A DNA stretch of 64,000 nucleotides from Mobula hypostoma (lineage: Eukaryota): assembly GCF_963921235.1 (NCBI RefSeq), contig NC_086108.1, forward strand, positions 32,924,001 through 32,988,000, given 5' to 3'. The translations under genes were made by a program, and so were the position numbers. Positions 12,033 to 25,902 of this stretch are shown here, piece by piece. Below the pieces are notes generated by a model that saw only the letters and a list, made by a program, of their open reading frames with translations, did not search any database and was not told the DNA's origin. Every line of letters starts with the position of its first letter. Positions within the stretch are counted from its first letter, which is position 1.

Positions 12033-14060
12033 TAATGCAGGCTGCAGCTCTTCAAGAAATCTTAGAAGGACCTAATTTTTTATACATCTCCTATTTCATC
12101 CAGCAGCAACAAATGAACAAGGTTGGATTTTAATTATTTTGATATGTAAGTTATGCACTTTTTAGAGGAAGGGAATGAAATCTTGGTTCAGTTGTATATC
12201 ACGGGATCTTGCTTGGCTGTTTACAGAAGTCATTCCATTGTACATCCATTTGTGGTTACATTTAGTTTGTGTGTGAGTGTGTGTGCACGCGCGTCTGTGT
12301 GTTTGTATGCGCGTGTTCGTTTTGATAAGGCAAAGTTCTCAGTCCAGATGAACTGACCGTGGTGCTGAAATTGAGAAGAGAAGGTTACAATATTTTATAA
12401 TCACAAAGGAATTGGGTTGGGGCTAGCTTGTGTTGCTCCATGTGCCAACTTCAGTTGGAAGATGCTTCCTCCTCTTGTACTTAAGTACAGTTCAATCAAT
12501 TGATTGATAATCTTTCTGCATGCACTTCCTATTAAGGAAATTAGTGGTTTGGAATATCTATGTCCATTCAAATCTGTGTGTTTTGAGGAATTTCAAGCCT
12601 TTATCACAAGAATTATAGTCAATTGAATTTTATTTTAACATTGCAACATTTTTCTTTGGATTTTTTTTGGGGTCAGCATTGAAACTTTGAAGAAATAAGA
12701 CTGAAAAAAGCTCCTATTTGGTGTTCTGCATTTATTTTGCTGTGAACGTTTTTCAAGCATTAGGTGCCAATGTGACCGGGATCTTAACAAACTGTACCAT
12801 AGGTCTTGGGAATCTTAACCGAAGAAATCATCACAACATCCACTCCTTTTACCTCGGCGCAAATAACAAGGCTGCTTTTGCATATGCCGGCACAGTACTG
12901 AATGCAGTTGTTTGCTTGTAGGATTTCTGCCAGATTATGCAATTGTTCTGAAGATTTCCAACTTAACTTGGGAAGACTTAAGAGTTTTCAGAAAATGTAC
13001 TATTTTTTTGATCTTCTAACATCCAAATTCTTTGTCAGATGTTTGTATAAAGATAGTTATTTAAGATGGTCCCTCACTGTAACTTTGGCACTTTTGAAGA
13101 AATAACAATGGTCTGATGATAAATCACTTGTAGTACATGTAATGATGCTGGTTGTTCAACCACACGTTAATAAGATAAGTTGTTGCCTGTATTCTGACTG
13201 GACAATAAGTAGCCATAAACACGCACATTAATGGATTTGTTCTATGTTTGTATGTATAAATAACTATTCATAAAAGAATGAAGTGGGGACCTAGATGAGC
13301 AGAGTGACAATGTGTCAAAGCCAGCTCCTGCCATCTCAGTCTGCTTCCCAGCTTTGGTTAGATCCCAAATGAATTGAGTGTGTAATTAAAATGAAATATA
13401 AAACAATGCCAGGCAATGGAGAATGAACAAGAGAGAGGCACTAATTAGTAGCTCTTTCAGAGAGCAAGCGCCTTGAGCCCAAAAGACCTTCCTTTGTGCT
13501 GTGTAATTGGTTCAACTTAAATTCAGGAATCAAGATCATTATATTAAAAATTTCATTTATAATTTTCCATGAGAATATCGTCAAATTGTACTAAACATCT
13601 GAATGTTATGCAAATTGTGTTTTATTTATATTGCACTTTTATGTCACATTTTTAAAATGAGCTTTTTTGATTAATTGCAACTTGAGACCATGATTTTGAA
13701 CTTGACTGGGAGGATGCTGTAATACCCGGGGAAAAATGAACTGATTTGTTGTGTTGCTGAACTTGGCTCTGCTGTGTGCCTTATATACAATGAGATCTGT
13801 AGCATACCTGGCTCTCCTTAGAGCACAGATGTCTGGCAGATGTTTGGCTTACTAATTTGTTACTTGAACGTTGAAGGGTGACAAGCTGTTGGTTGGTGGA
13901 TTGCATGCATTTCTGAAACTGAGAAATTTGCACTTTGATTTTGTTCATTTATACTGGAATATGACATGTCACTTTCATTGCTGGAAAACAATGGAATAAA
14001 AATTCAATTCTTTTTCTAAGTTCAAAGAGATATTTTTCTTTATTAGTGTTTTTTTCGTGT
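12033..14060 (+). terminator. FAM78B: Putative ~2 kb FAM78B 3'UTR ending at a poly(A) signal
   Basis: AT-rich, nearly repeat-free sequence with AATAAA at 13995-14000 followed by T/GT-rich tracts. A second AATAAA lies at 14353-14358. Confidence 0.5.
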
Positions 14061-14934
14061 GGAGATATTTATATTTGTATGATCTAAAATTATATGCAAT
14101 CCCTGTATATTACGAATATACATCTGGGAGGAGTTTCAATGCACTTCAAATCAAAGGGATTCTGGGCTTCAGGTATCACAAATGTCCCAGTAAAACTCAT
14201 GATTGGGTCAGATTTTGTTTAATTATTTAGGTGGGAGAGAACTTTCTTTTGTGCTCTCCCAGGCAATTATTGACATCATTCAAGAATGGCATATACATTC
14301 TGTTTCCGTGCACTTCCAGAACAATGTATCTAGAGTAAATTACATTTACTGTAATAAAAACTGACATTAAAAGGCTGGAAACACTGACATATTGAACAAA
14401 GGGGAAGGGCAAAGATAATGTTTTAGCAGAATGGACTTCCATTGACAAAATGTTGCGTTTCTGATAGTGGCAGTTTAATATAGCGTCCAGGCTGTATTAT
14501 CTCCTTTCATAGAACGTCCAGGCTAACTATGACTTTCTGTGACCTATGGAAGCATTACAACTGATGTGATGTGACAAAATTAAGAAATACATAGAGTGGA
14601 CATTCTAAATGTATCACAGTAAAAGTAAACAGGATTGAGAATTATATTTATATTAATGCCAGTCCACAATGGGATATCTGCTCATGACTAACATACTCCC
14701 TCTGCTATGTTACAGTATAATAATCATAGAGCAGGTGTAATGATCATCACATGTATTCATATTGGGCAAACTTTTTCTTTCTTTTGACAGACAGATTTTA
14801 ACATTCATTTATTCCTATTCATGTTCAGTGGCTTATTTCTCAAAGAATTTGCATTTTCTACAGAACTCCTGCAAGCTGCAGTCATCCAACTCAGGGCCAT
14901 TGTGCATACCTCCCTCTCCCTTGATCTTGAGTGC

Positions 14935-15290
14935 TCGGGGTGAGGTCCAGTGGTGCAGCTACCTCACGGCTCCAGTGACCAGGGTTCAATCCCGACGTTC
15001 GCTCCTATGTCTATGCCGTATCCGCACCTTCTGCCTGGAGTTCCTCCAGTACTCTGGTTTCCTCCAACATCCCAAAGATAAGGGTATTAGTGGGTTAATT
15101 GGCTACTGTAACTTGCCCTTAATGTGCAGGTGAGTGGTAGAACCAGGGGTGGGGGGGGGGCACGTACATTGATGGGAATTTACGGAACATAAAATGGGAT
15201 TTGTTTTGAATGAATGTAAATGTGTGGTTGATAGTCAGCATGGACTCATTGGGTCAAAGGGCCTATTACCAAACTATGACTACTTGACTC
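14935..15290 (+). mobile_element. tRNA-derived V-SINE/HE1-like SINE
   Basis: B-box ggttcaatcc at 14983-14992, central ctctggtttcctccaacatcccaaaga motif, and a CR1-like 3' end. Confidence 0.7.
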
Positions 15291-15384
15291 CAGAGAATGC
15301 CTTTCAGTCCCACTGAACCGCTTACCTCTCTGTAACCTATTACAGTATGTTTTCCCTTTTCATTCTTTTGCCATGTACCTACAA

Positions 15385-15568
15385 TAATGGGGAATTTTAC
15401 AGTAGCAGATCAAACATCCTTGGGATGTAGAAAGAAACCACACTATCTGGGGGAAATCCACATTGTTACACAAACAATATGCAAACTTCACACAGACAGC
15501 ACAAAGTCAGGATCAAACCCAGTTTACAGGAACTGTGTGGTAGCAGTTGTTCTGACACAGTGTTGCCT
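15385..15568 (-). mobile_element. V-SINE/HE1-like SINE, antisense, facing the previous copy
   Basis: Reverse complement of the same head and central motifs (tgggatgtagaaagaaacc...gcaaacttcacacagacagc...ggatcaaaccc). Confidence 0.65.
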
Positions 15569-16169
15569 TTTGATTAAGCTTTCGACTATTTATCCCAATA
15601 CCTCCTTCGAATTATTGTTAAGTTCTGTCTGATACTTCTGTGTAAGAGCCACTGGAACTGTGTAGTATGTTTAAAACTCCCTAGAACACAGAATTGCTCT
15701 TAACAACTATTAAAACTTACTAAATCTCTCACTCATTCTAATCTTCAAATATTAACACTATCAGTGGTGCAGATACTGCATTTGGCCTCCATGTCTCTCA
15801 AATTATTAAGGGGACAAAATGGAAGAAATTTCTCTCTTATCCCAAATAATATTGAGAAGGATTGAGAGGGTGAGTTACTGAAATGGGTCTGTACCCAATC
15901 ATAATGAGATTGTCTAGAAAACAGAGGTGGAAGAAAATTTGGCAGAGAATTAGAAAAAAAATTGTAATTAAAGCAGTGTGCACATTTTATACTCAAATGT
16001 TAAAAACATCAATAAAAAGATTAATTTAATTCAAAAGAAAAACAGGTTTTGCATTGGATACCACAATTCAGATATTTAGCCATCACCTTAATAACCAGCA
16101 CTGTCATAAAGACTCTACAAATTTTGAAGCATAATATTATCCATTTATTAAGCAATTATTGTAAATGGC

Positions 16170-16770
16170 TCTTTGACCCTTTCCATTTGGGATATGCCTT
16201 CTTCATATTCCTGTCATCAAGGAGGAGGTACTTGAACCTGAGGACCAACACTCAATGTCTTAGGAACAGCTTCTGCCCCTCTGCCATCAGATTTCTGAAC
16301 GGTCCATGAACACACGAACACCACCTGACTATTTTTCTCCATTTTTGCATCATCCGGTAGGCCCTACAGGAGCCTCTGCTCCTGCACCAGCAGGCACAGG
16401 AAGAGCTTCTTCCCTGAGGCTGTGACAATTCTGAACCTCTCATCACAGGGCTAAGCAGTCTTGCATCCATATTGTACTGTCTCAGTACTTTTATATTTGT
16501 GCGCTGTAGCACTTTTTATTCGCAGTTATTTTGTAAATAACACTATTCTTTGCATTTCTGGTCAGATGCTAAATGCATTTCATTGGCTTTGTATCTGTAC
16601 TTGGCGCAATGACAATAAAGTTGGATCTAATCTAAATTATTATTTTTTACAGCATATATTCTCTTATTGCAACTTAGTGTTTTTTTTATGTATTGCACTG
16701 TACTGCTGCTGCAAAGCACCAAATTTCATGGCATATGTCAGTAATAATAAACCTGTTTCTGGTTCTGAAT
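16170..16770 (+). mobile_element. Two nested Rex1/Babar 3' ends
   Basis: The outer copy (LSSRRRYLNLRTNTQCLRNSFCPSAIRFLN, ~16170-16350, resuming ~16636-16770) is interrupted by an inner copy at ~16351-16635 ending aataaagttggatctaatctaa. Confidence 0.75.
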
Positions 16771-19212
16771 GAAGTTTCTCAAATGAATCCCATTTTAGAT
16801 TGATGGGTGCCTTTGGGAGCTGGATTAAGATAATCAAACTTGCCTTTCTTTTAGTTCCCTTAATTACCTTCAGCAAGAATATTTTTCCCTCTGAACCATC
16901 TGCACTGAATCCTCCCGAAACCGCACCTCCCGCCCCATCCCCTGAGTGTTGAGGCAGACTGGAGTTCACTTTAGCCGCCAGCTGTCCTCTGAATAAATCA
17001 ATTAACTGGCAGCTCACTTCTCATCCAATTATATTTCACATAGATCTCCAGATTATCTTAAATTGCAAAATAGGCATCCTTGCAATTGTAAGAAGCTATA
17101 TGCCCATAAGCTGCATGCAGTTTTGGAACCATGCATCTTGGATATAGTGATCTTCACAATTACAAACAGTTTCAACAGCTCAGTGAACAGATTAACATCA
17201 ATTTTACAGCCTCATGCTTCAGACACAGATAAAAGGTGGTTTCAAAGCTATTGCCTGAGAGATGTGATACTGCAACATTTTCAGAAATCTTAATTGTAGA
17301 AATGTCGGAAAGAAAATACTCTCTGTGTAATACTTCTGAAACTTTTTGAATCTTTTAAGATCTGCCTAATTATTCTCGTCTGTGTTTTTGCATTAATTGG
17401 TGATATTTTTGTATAACTTTATCACTGGCTATGAGTATATACTGATTTGGGTCTCGTATCTTTCAGTATGCTGAAGATGTTATACTTATGGCTATTCTGG
17501 TGAAAAAAATAAATTAAAACTAGAACATATAACTAAAACACTTCTATCTTGTAGTGTAAAGTGTTTATGTGCTCTATGATTGTACATCTTAACCTGATAA
17601 ACCTGGTTTATGTGATACATGGAGTTCTTGGTAGAATTTCTGTGTGTTTATCACTTTGTAGAACGTACATGGATGACTCAATCCTCTGTATCCCCTCTGC
17701 TGAACCCATATCACATTTGGACATGGCTTGGGCTACCAAGAGGGAGCTACTCTTTCACCGTTCTTCACGACTGGCACCCAATGATTTAAACAGAAACTTT
17801 TAGCTTTGTCATGGACAGAATGGCACCTATGTGTGGAGGCTGGCAGAGGCTATGAAGTGGAGTCAGAGGAACTTCTGCTGAGTGTTGTCATTTCTCCAGA
17901 TTTTATTTCTCTGCCAACCGTGGTTTCACAGTGCTGCACAAACAGGAGCTACAGGCAATCTGAGCATGCCTGAGATCCCAAAGGATTGGGAAGGAAGAGC
18001 AGAAATCCACTGACCCTATCCCCCAAGAATATAAGTAGAACAACACTTCTACTCATAGCAATGTATCAGGAGGTTAATGTTTTCAAAAAATAATAATTTT
18101 TTATATAGACTTATACATTCCACAATAAAATTGTTAATTATTCTCCTTTGTACCAATTTATAGTGATAGCTTTCTAAGTAGTTTTGTTGGTCCTAAGACT
18201 TTGTGGCAGTGTTTCTACTGTGGCTTCAGTCACCCTACTGTAAGGATGTTCTCTCGCTAAGGAGGGGTCAGGAGAGGGCCATGGAGGGTGACAGAAAGAT
18301 TGGATAACTGCACTGTATTTGTGTGGGAGCCAGCAGTTCAGGCCAGCTGAGAATGAACTTTTTGGTGGAAATAGTGTTGCTTTCTGCCTGAGAGAGGGCA
18401 GCACATTCCTGCTGTACGGATCCATTAGTCTTCTCCTGGAATGGGGTGTCAGATGAACTGGCAATCTAGTAGCGGCCAGTTCACACTGCTGCTGAGAGCT
18501 GAACCATCAGTACACAGTATTGCAGTATCATGACAGGAGCTCCCTGTGTCACCCTGTTAAGGATATGGATTGAGAGTTGATGATTGGATGGAAAACAAAT
18601 AAACGGTCCTCCCAGGATGTTTCTCAGAAAGTAGTAAACATCAGGATTTCTCTGTCTGAGTCACTGTGGAAGCCCAGTCATTGTTTTCATTCAAAACAGC
18701 CATTGAGAGATTTCTGGACTTAAAGGAAATGGAGACAGTGCTGGAAGACGGGACTGATCTTGATGAACAGTGGAACAATGGAACCAGTTCAAAGGCTGTT
18801 TGGCCTACTCCTGTTGGCACTTTTTAAATGATCCTATGGGAGTGGACTCATCCTTCACTGAATGTACAGACTTTGGATGGGCTGACATGGAAGCTATAAC
18901 CTGATGCACTGTCTTTTACATGGGAGGGGGTGTTGGTTTTTGGAGGTTAGGGATATTGTGTCCAAGGCTGATAGTGAGGAGATGTCCACCACTTTCCAAC
19001 TGAGAAGGATGGATTCTGACTGTTGAATGCTTGCAAAGGGTCAGAGGGGGTCTCCACAAGCCCCTTGAAATTTCTTAGAAGTTTAGTGGCAGTGCTAGGC
19101 ACCCCATGTGCCTCAGCTTTTGCACATATATCTCAACATAATCTTCAGTGGATGACTTCTCCTTCGTGGACTCATCATACTAAGCCTGTAAGCTACTGAT
19201 GCCAGGTGCACC

Positions 19213-19214
<2 letters not shown>

Positions 19215-19252
<38 letters not shown>

Positions 19253-19277
19253 TGTGTGTGTCTGTGTGTGTGTGTGT

Positions 19278-19340
<63 letters not shown>

Positions 19341-19369
19341 TGTGTGTGTGTGTGTGTGTCTGTGTGTGT

Positions 19370-19403
<34 letters not shown>

Positions 19404-19473
19404 CTGTGTGTGTGTGTCTGTGTGTCTGTGTGTGTGTGTGTGTCTGTGTGTGTGTGTGTCTGTGTGTGTGTGT

Positions 19474-19520
<47 letters not shown>

Positions 19521-19542
19521 TGTGTGTGTGTGTGTGTGTGTG
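19215..19542. repeat. (TG)n microsatellite with TC interruptions, ~328 bp
   Basis: Directly visible. It explains the six HT/CV-repeat ORFs in the ORF track. Confidence 0.99.
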
Positions 19543-20084
19543 CACATGTATCAGATACGAAAAGTGAGAGTATCACAGAAATGGAAATTGCTTAGTTGCC
19601 AGGTGGAATTTAAGCCAAAGCATTTATGTTGACCAAGCAAACAAGGCTTGGGATTTTCTTTCTGTACCCATCCTAGTTCCTTTAATTGTCATTTTTACCA
19701 CTGATTTCTCTTGGCAACTCCCTACAATACCATCCCAATTCAGCAAAAGATCACCTCCCTTCCCTTCCTTAAAAGGAAAATCCACTCTCTCTGCCCCTTC
19801 ATGAAACTGAGGTTGATGTCTGTGAAAGAGGAAGCTGAGGATCCATTTCTCCCATAAAAATACAAAAGACAATGATATACAGTACTGCAGTGCTCAGATC
19901 TCCTTCTCAGAAATAGAGCTCCCACATCAATTAACTCATAATCAATTATACAGGTGTACAGCATTAAAAATGTATTCAACATGCAGAAAAAAGGGGAAGC
20001 AATGGATTACACATTTAAAATGCACACATGGTCAAGAAGGTCAATGGAAAATTTGTATTGGGTGACGCACTTTGGGGGGTACAG

Positions 20085-20330
20085 TATTTCACGGAAAATG
20101 GCAAGACCCTTAACAGTGTTGCTTTAGAGAGAGAACTCTGGGAGTGGGTTCCAAGCCCACAGCTCCCTGGAAGTGTCTGTACAGGTTGATAGGGTAGCAA
20201 AGAGGCATACGGCATGCTTGCCTTTATTGAGTTCAAGAGTCATGAAGTTATGTTGCAACTTTATAAAGGTCTGGTTAGGCCACATCTGGGGAATTGCATT
20301 CAATTCTCATTGCTCTTTTACAAGAAATTC
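20085..20330 (+). mobile_element. Decayed CR1 ORF2 fragment
   Basis: VQVDRVAK...MLQLYK...PHL-type motifs, similar to the CR1 at 39310-40103. Confidence 0.65.
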
Positions 20331-22569
20331 TATGTTTTATAAAATAGGGCTCTAGTGCAACAGGGGGGCACAGGAGCAGGTAACCCACACTTCACCATTT
20401 CTGTGTACACATTTAAGGGCAAACAAAAAATACTTTGGGAAGTCCTATCAAGGCACAATCTTTAAAATAGGAGCCAACTCAGTTTGTGACCTCTGTGCAA
20501 AATATGCACAAGAATTACTCTGTGCCTGCTGTAAAGTAACAGATTCTATTTCATGTTGAGGTTGACTTCCACTGGGAAATCGGACCAATCACCACAGGGT
20601 GAGAAAATGCTTCAGAGTGGATGTCATTTCCTGATTATCACTCACATAAGTGATGGCATCATTAACATGGCGATACTGACTTCCTGAATAAGGACTCGAA
20701 TTGATGCACAGTGTGCAACCCATGACTTGCGTTTTTCACTCAGTCTAAGGAGGAGCGAGTCATCCATGAAATCATCAATCATAAATCAATTAAGCTGTTC
20801 CAATTAGAACACTGATGTATAGCTTCTCCGCTGTGTCTGTCACTGATGTGCATCAGCAGCAGGCAGTGCTTTCTTGTCCATGACTGCAATAGGTTTTAAC
20901 CTAAGAGATCAGAGCTTCTGAACACTGCAAGCTTTGCAGTACTGGTTTCAGACATGATGAGGAAAGCCATGTGTGGCTGTGGGAGGAGGGTGCAGCCAGA
21001 TGCAATTAAGATTTATTTCCCCGCATGCTCCTCTAATTTTTCCTTCTCTGTGGCAACCACAGTATCCTAGTTTTTAAGGAGCCCGGCCATAGGTCATGAG
21101 GTCAACAGGCAACAGTCATTTACTGCCCTATTCGTGGGTGAAGTTCCATTTCCAGAATGTGTTTCATTCTTGAGTTCTCGCAGAGGAATAGATGAATTGC
21201 AATAAGCCCTTTCAAATTAGCCAGGAGGTGTTTGGAAGGACGAGAGGTGCCTTCGTCGAAGTATAACATTTTTAGAGGGCTTAGTAATGCAGGATGAGAG
21301 ATTTCTTCCTTAAAATGAAGATTCTAGACTTCCCATTTTAATTGGTTAAATGGCTGGTGATGTGGCCTGAGATTAGGAGAAACCTTTTCAATCAGTTGAT
21401 TCCAGTTCTTGGGCTCAGGTGGCTGAGAATACTGATTCAAATCCATCTTTTTTGTTCCTTTGAAGTTCATTATCAGTAAGTGTGCCTTGCTTTAAAGAGA
21501 ATACAATTATATTCTCTGAATAAAAGCTGCAAAAGAGCAGGGCAATATTCTGATCCGTGAACATCACCATAGATACCAGAAGTAACTCCAGCAGAAACCC
21601 AGGAGTACAGTTTCTGTGCAGGCCATGTGAACCTTGCTCTAAAATGGACCCCAAACAACCCATTACTGTTCTTGCAGGAAGAGATCCAACAGCCAGCACT
21701 TTCAAGAGAATACATTGAAATGGTTTTCAAGGCATTGAGTGTACACTGTGTTGAATTATATAGAATTTACATCATAGAAGCAGATTAATTTGCTCAACCT
21801 TTTATGCTGATCCTTATTAGCTTCCTCGCATCTTATTTATAATGGAATCTGACAATGTTCTATCTTTAAGGCAACTTCCAAATTATTGGTCAATTTAATC
21901 AATGGTTTGCATTTGTTACTTTCTCTTTCAGTGCCCAGATTATACCCATTTGCTGCCACAATATATTCTCTTTAAGTTCATGTTTATGCTTTTTACCATT
22001 TATGATTCAATGTTTCAAGGCTGGGAAATTATCTTCTGGTTCTTTCTTTTCAGATCTTTGCTACCATTTACAGGTAAGGTGCCTAAAGTACTTAAGCATT
22101 TCTTAATATGAAGAATCAATATTCGACAATGCCCTTTTAATGGTTTGCGGTAGCATCTCAGTATTTGATCAGCCTAGTTCTAAATCTCAGTGGACTGGAT
22201 ACTATTACTAAAGAGTTAACAATCACAAGCAGGTGTCTTGTTCCATCCACTGGCTCACCTCCAGGTTGCAGTGCAGGCTTCTTCTGAATGATTTATATTG
22301 CAGTCCCCTCCAATCCCTAATGAGGAGGCTTTCATTTGCATTCCAGTGTAGTTAATTTTCCAATATCACAGTTTGTGTCCACCGGGGCTCTCCAATGACC
22401 ACACTGTCCCAGGTTAGTTTCTTGTTCGAATGAGATTGGAACAATCAATTCATCTATGAATGTGAGGGACATTATGTCTTCTTCAAATTCAAAACATTAT
22501 TAATTCAATATACACTACAGTATTTGCAGTAAATGCAATTATTACATGTCTTTTTCTGCATTGCGTATC

Positions 22570-22910
22570 ATCAATTTATAAGATTGTGAGAGGCAGCTGG
22601 TAGTTTTTTCCTGGGTCAGAATATCTAATATTGGAGGGCATTGATTTAAGGGGTGTGGTGTAAGACCAAAGACGACGTGCCGGGTATGTTTTTTTACATG
22701 GAGAGTGGTGGGTGTCTGGAATGTGCTGACAGGGGTGGTAGTTGAGGAAGGTACAACAGGGATATTAAAGAGACTGGATTGCTGTGTAGGGAATGAAGAG
22801 ATATGGTCATTGTGCGGGCAGAAGGGAATAGTTTTAGTTACTAGCCTCGTTGGTTTGGCACAACATGATGGGCCAAAGCCCTGTTCCTTTGCTCTACTAC
22901 TCTATACTGT
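22570..22910 (+). mobile_element. Decayed CR1 3' end
   Basis: FFTWRVVGVWNVLTGVVVE motif of the CR1 ORF2 C-terminus followed by a 3'UTR. Confidence 0.65.
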
Positions 22911-23459
22911 CTATTTAATTGGAAACATTTTCTTACTATGCATCAATCCCACTCATGTTTCTCCTTAAGCTAAGCACCCACAAAATATTTCAGAGGCTTT
23001 TATGCAGAACCCAGCCCCTTCGAATCCAGTGGCAGCGTTCCCTAGACTAAACTTCCCCACAGAGTTCTGTGTTTCCCCACAGCACATACAACTACACTTT
23101 ACAACGAGCCCGTTGATAGCATTCGCTTGTGGATGGCTCTTTACAATGGATGGGATTCAAGTTTCAGGCAGATGAATATGCGTCTTTCACCAGGATGATG
23201 ATCATTCAGCAGTAGTTGGTGTTTGTCTTAGTGTGTTTCCCAGTTGGTGACAGAGTTTTCTTGGAGTAACCTTGATCAGCACAACTGCAGCCTATTGCAG
23301 ACCTTCCTGGCGAGCAAACCTTCCACAGGGATTTAGATCTCCAGAGCAGCAAGTGGTGTGAGTGAGACTCCAACTATACATGACGGATTAGATCAGGAAA
23401 ATCCCACTCACTGCCAGCTTGGGGTTAATTACGAGTTGTGTTGATGAGGCACTCTATGT

Positions 23460-23722
23460 AATTTATTTATTTATATGTTTAGAAATACAGTTCAGAATAG
23501 GCCCTTCTGGCCTTTCGAGCCTGATCGCCCAGCAACCCCTGACAACAATGGTTTAACCCTTACCTGATCACGGGACATCTTTTATCTGGAAGGAAACTGA
23601 AATACCTGGTAAAAAAGGCCACATGTTCCACAGGGAGGATTTACAGAGTGCACCAGGGTTGAACTCTGAACTTCGATGCCCCAAGCTGTAATAGCACCGT
23701 GCTAGCTGCTACACTACCATGC
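23460..23722 (-). mobile_element. V-SINE/HE1-like SINE, antisense
   Basis: (ttta)n tail at 23461, CR1-like aataggccctt end, and a tRNA-like head at ~23660-23722. Confidence 0.6.
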
Positions 23723-23764
23723 AACTTTGGCAGTAAGTAAGCCTTGTAAAGAGAAGTGGTTGGA

Positions 23765-24340
23765 ACAGAGAAAAGTATAGCACAGGCCCTATTGGCCCAC
23801 AATGTCCATGCCAAACACAATGCTGAATTAAAATAAAACTCTTCTGCTTGTTCTTGATCCATATCCTCCAATTCCTCGCATATTCGTGCACCCGTCTAAA
23901 TAGCCCCTTAATGCCTATCTGCACACCACCAACCTATGATGCTTTGTGAAAGAAAAAAAATGGTTTGCACATCTACTTTAATCATTCGTCCTCTCAACTT
24001 GGTATTTGATATTCCTAACCAGGAGAAAGATTCTGTTCACCTTATCATTGTCTCTTGTAACCTTATAGATTTCTGTCAGGTCTTTTCTCATCCTCCGATG
24101 CTACAGAGAAAGTAATCCAAGTCTGTCCAACCTCTCCTTGTAGCCCATACTCTAATGCAGGTAGCATTCCAGAAAACCTCTTCTGCATACTTTCCAGAGC
24201 CTCCACATCTTTCCTGTAATGGGGGTGATCAGAATTGCACACAATACTCCCAAGTATAGCCGTTAAGTTTTATGTAGAGACAACGTGACTTCCTTGTTCT
24301 TATACTCAGTTCCCTGACCAATGAGAACAAACGTGCCTTA
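23765..24340 (-). mobile_element. Decayed CR1 3' part, antisense
   Basis: Reverse complement of LYKT...EYCVQF...RLDRLGL motifs plus a 3'UTR. Confidence 0.7.
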
Positions 24341-24669
24341 CGTTTTGTTTAAAACAGAGAATCCCTGATGATCAAGTTTTGCTTTTGGGCCAACATCACA
24401 GGTGCAATATATCAACCAGTTAGCACCTCTCTGATCTATCGAGTCATTTCTATAACTGGTAATGCAAGTACAGGATAATAAGTATGAGTCGTAAAGACTT
24501 ACACTTCCATAGTACCTTTTGGGACCTCAGCATATTCCCACTCACTGGACAATCAATTAAATACATTGGAAGTGTATTCTGTATCATATTGCTGGCAGCC
24601 AATTTGAACATAGCCAGTTATACAAAGAACAACCCAAGAAATTATTAGATCAGTTAGGTTCAGCTATCT

Positions 24670-25320
24670 GTTATGGAACAGTGGCAAAGTTGCTGGATTT
24701 TCCATCCTAAGCTTTGGTTAACAAATCAGGAGATCTAAGTTCAAATCTTATCATGGCAGTTGTAAAATTTAAATTCAGATAATAATATGATTTTCTTGTT
24801 ACATAAAGAAGCAAGTGAATCATTAGCAACAATGCCCACATTATTTGAATAACGTAAAAGCCCATCAGATTTGCTACACTATTCAGGAGAGGAAATATCT
24901 CATCCTTATTCACTTGGACTTTTTTGGGACTCTAGATTCACCAAAGCAATGATTCTTACATTATCTAGCAAGCTACTCAGATATACCATAGCTGTTGTAC
25001 GTATTAAAAAAGAGAAAGGATAAACTGGATGGCATTGACCCTAGCACTAAAACTGGATGTGGTAAAGTCACATTCATTCCCCAGTTGACCTTGCAAAGTC
25101 TTCCTCATAAACATCGAGCGGACTGGAGGTTTAAGTGTAAGAACTGTATAACAGACCACTTAAACAAGTCTGATGAATCATGCTAAATGGATCATTATAG
25201 GGAACACGCTGGGCTCCTCCATTGCAATCTTCAGACAGATCTGCCAGAGGAGGCGACATAGTGATGTACAGGTGATGAGGAGGGACCCCTGATCGAAAAT
25301 GGACAGGACAACCTCTCCCT
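24670..25320 (+). mobile_element. Old, highly decayed interspersed repeat (probable LINE 5' region with a B-box-like head)
   Basis: agttcaaatc B-box-like motif followed by a segment resembling the start of an APE endonuclease. Recognition is weak. Confidence 0.35.
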
Positions 25321-25355
25321 GGTTACCATCTAATTCCTCCCTCAACTATTGAACA

Positions 25356-25902
25356 TATACTCTGTGACCATCTGTACACCTGCTCGTTAATGCAAATATC
25401 TAATCAGCCAATCAAGTTTCAACAATTCAATACATAAAAAACATGCAGGCATGCTCAAGAGGTTCAATTGTTGCTCAGACCAGACATCAGAATGGCGAAG
25501 CAGTGTTATTGAAGTGACTCTCCTGTGCAATGATTGTTGGTGCCAACCAGTGTGGTTTGAGTATCTCAGAAACTGCTGATCTGGGATTTTAATGCACTGC
25601 AGTCCCCAGAGTTTACAGAGAATGGAAAAATCATCCAGTGAGTGGCAGTTCTGTGGGTGAGAACACATTGTTAATGCAAGAGTTCAGAGGAGAATGGCCA
25701 GACCGGTTCAAGCTGACAGGAAGATGACAGTAACTCAGATAACCATGTGCTCTGACAGTGGTGTGCATAAGAGCATCTTTGAATGCATAACACACTGAAT
25801 CTTGAAGTGGATGGGCTACAGCAGCAGAAGACGATGAACATACGCTTAGTGACCACTTTATTAGGTATAGGAGGTACCTAATAAAGTAGTTACTTGCGTA
25901 TA
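25356..25902 (+). mobile_element. Non-autonomous Tc1-like DNA transposon, copy 1
   Basis: TIR-type ends (tacactcagtggccactttattaggtac-like) and a transposase HTH remnant MIVGANQCGLSISETADL...VPRVYREW. No DDE domain. Confidence 0.8.

Noticed and set aside
19113..19632. His/Thr-rich and Cys/Val-rich ORFs
   Set aside because: They are translations of the (TG)n microsatellite.
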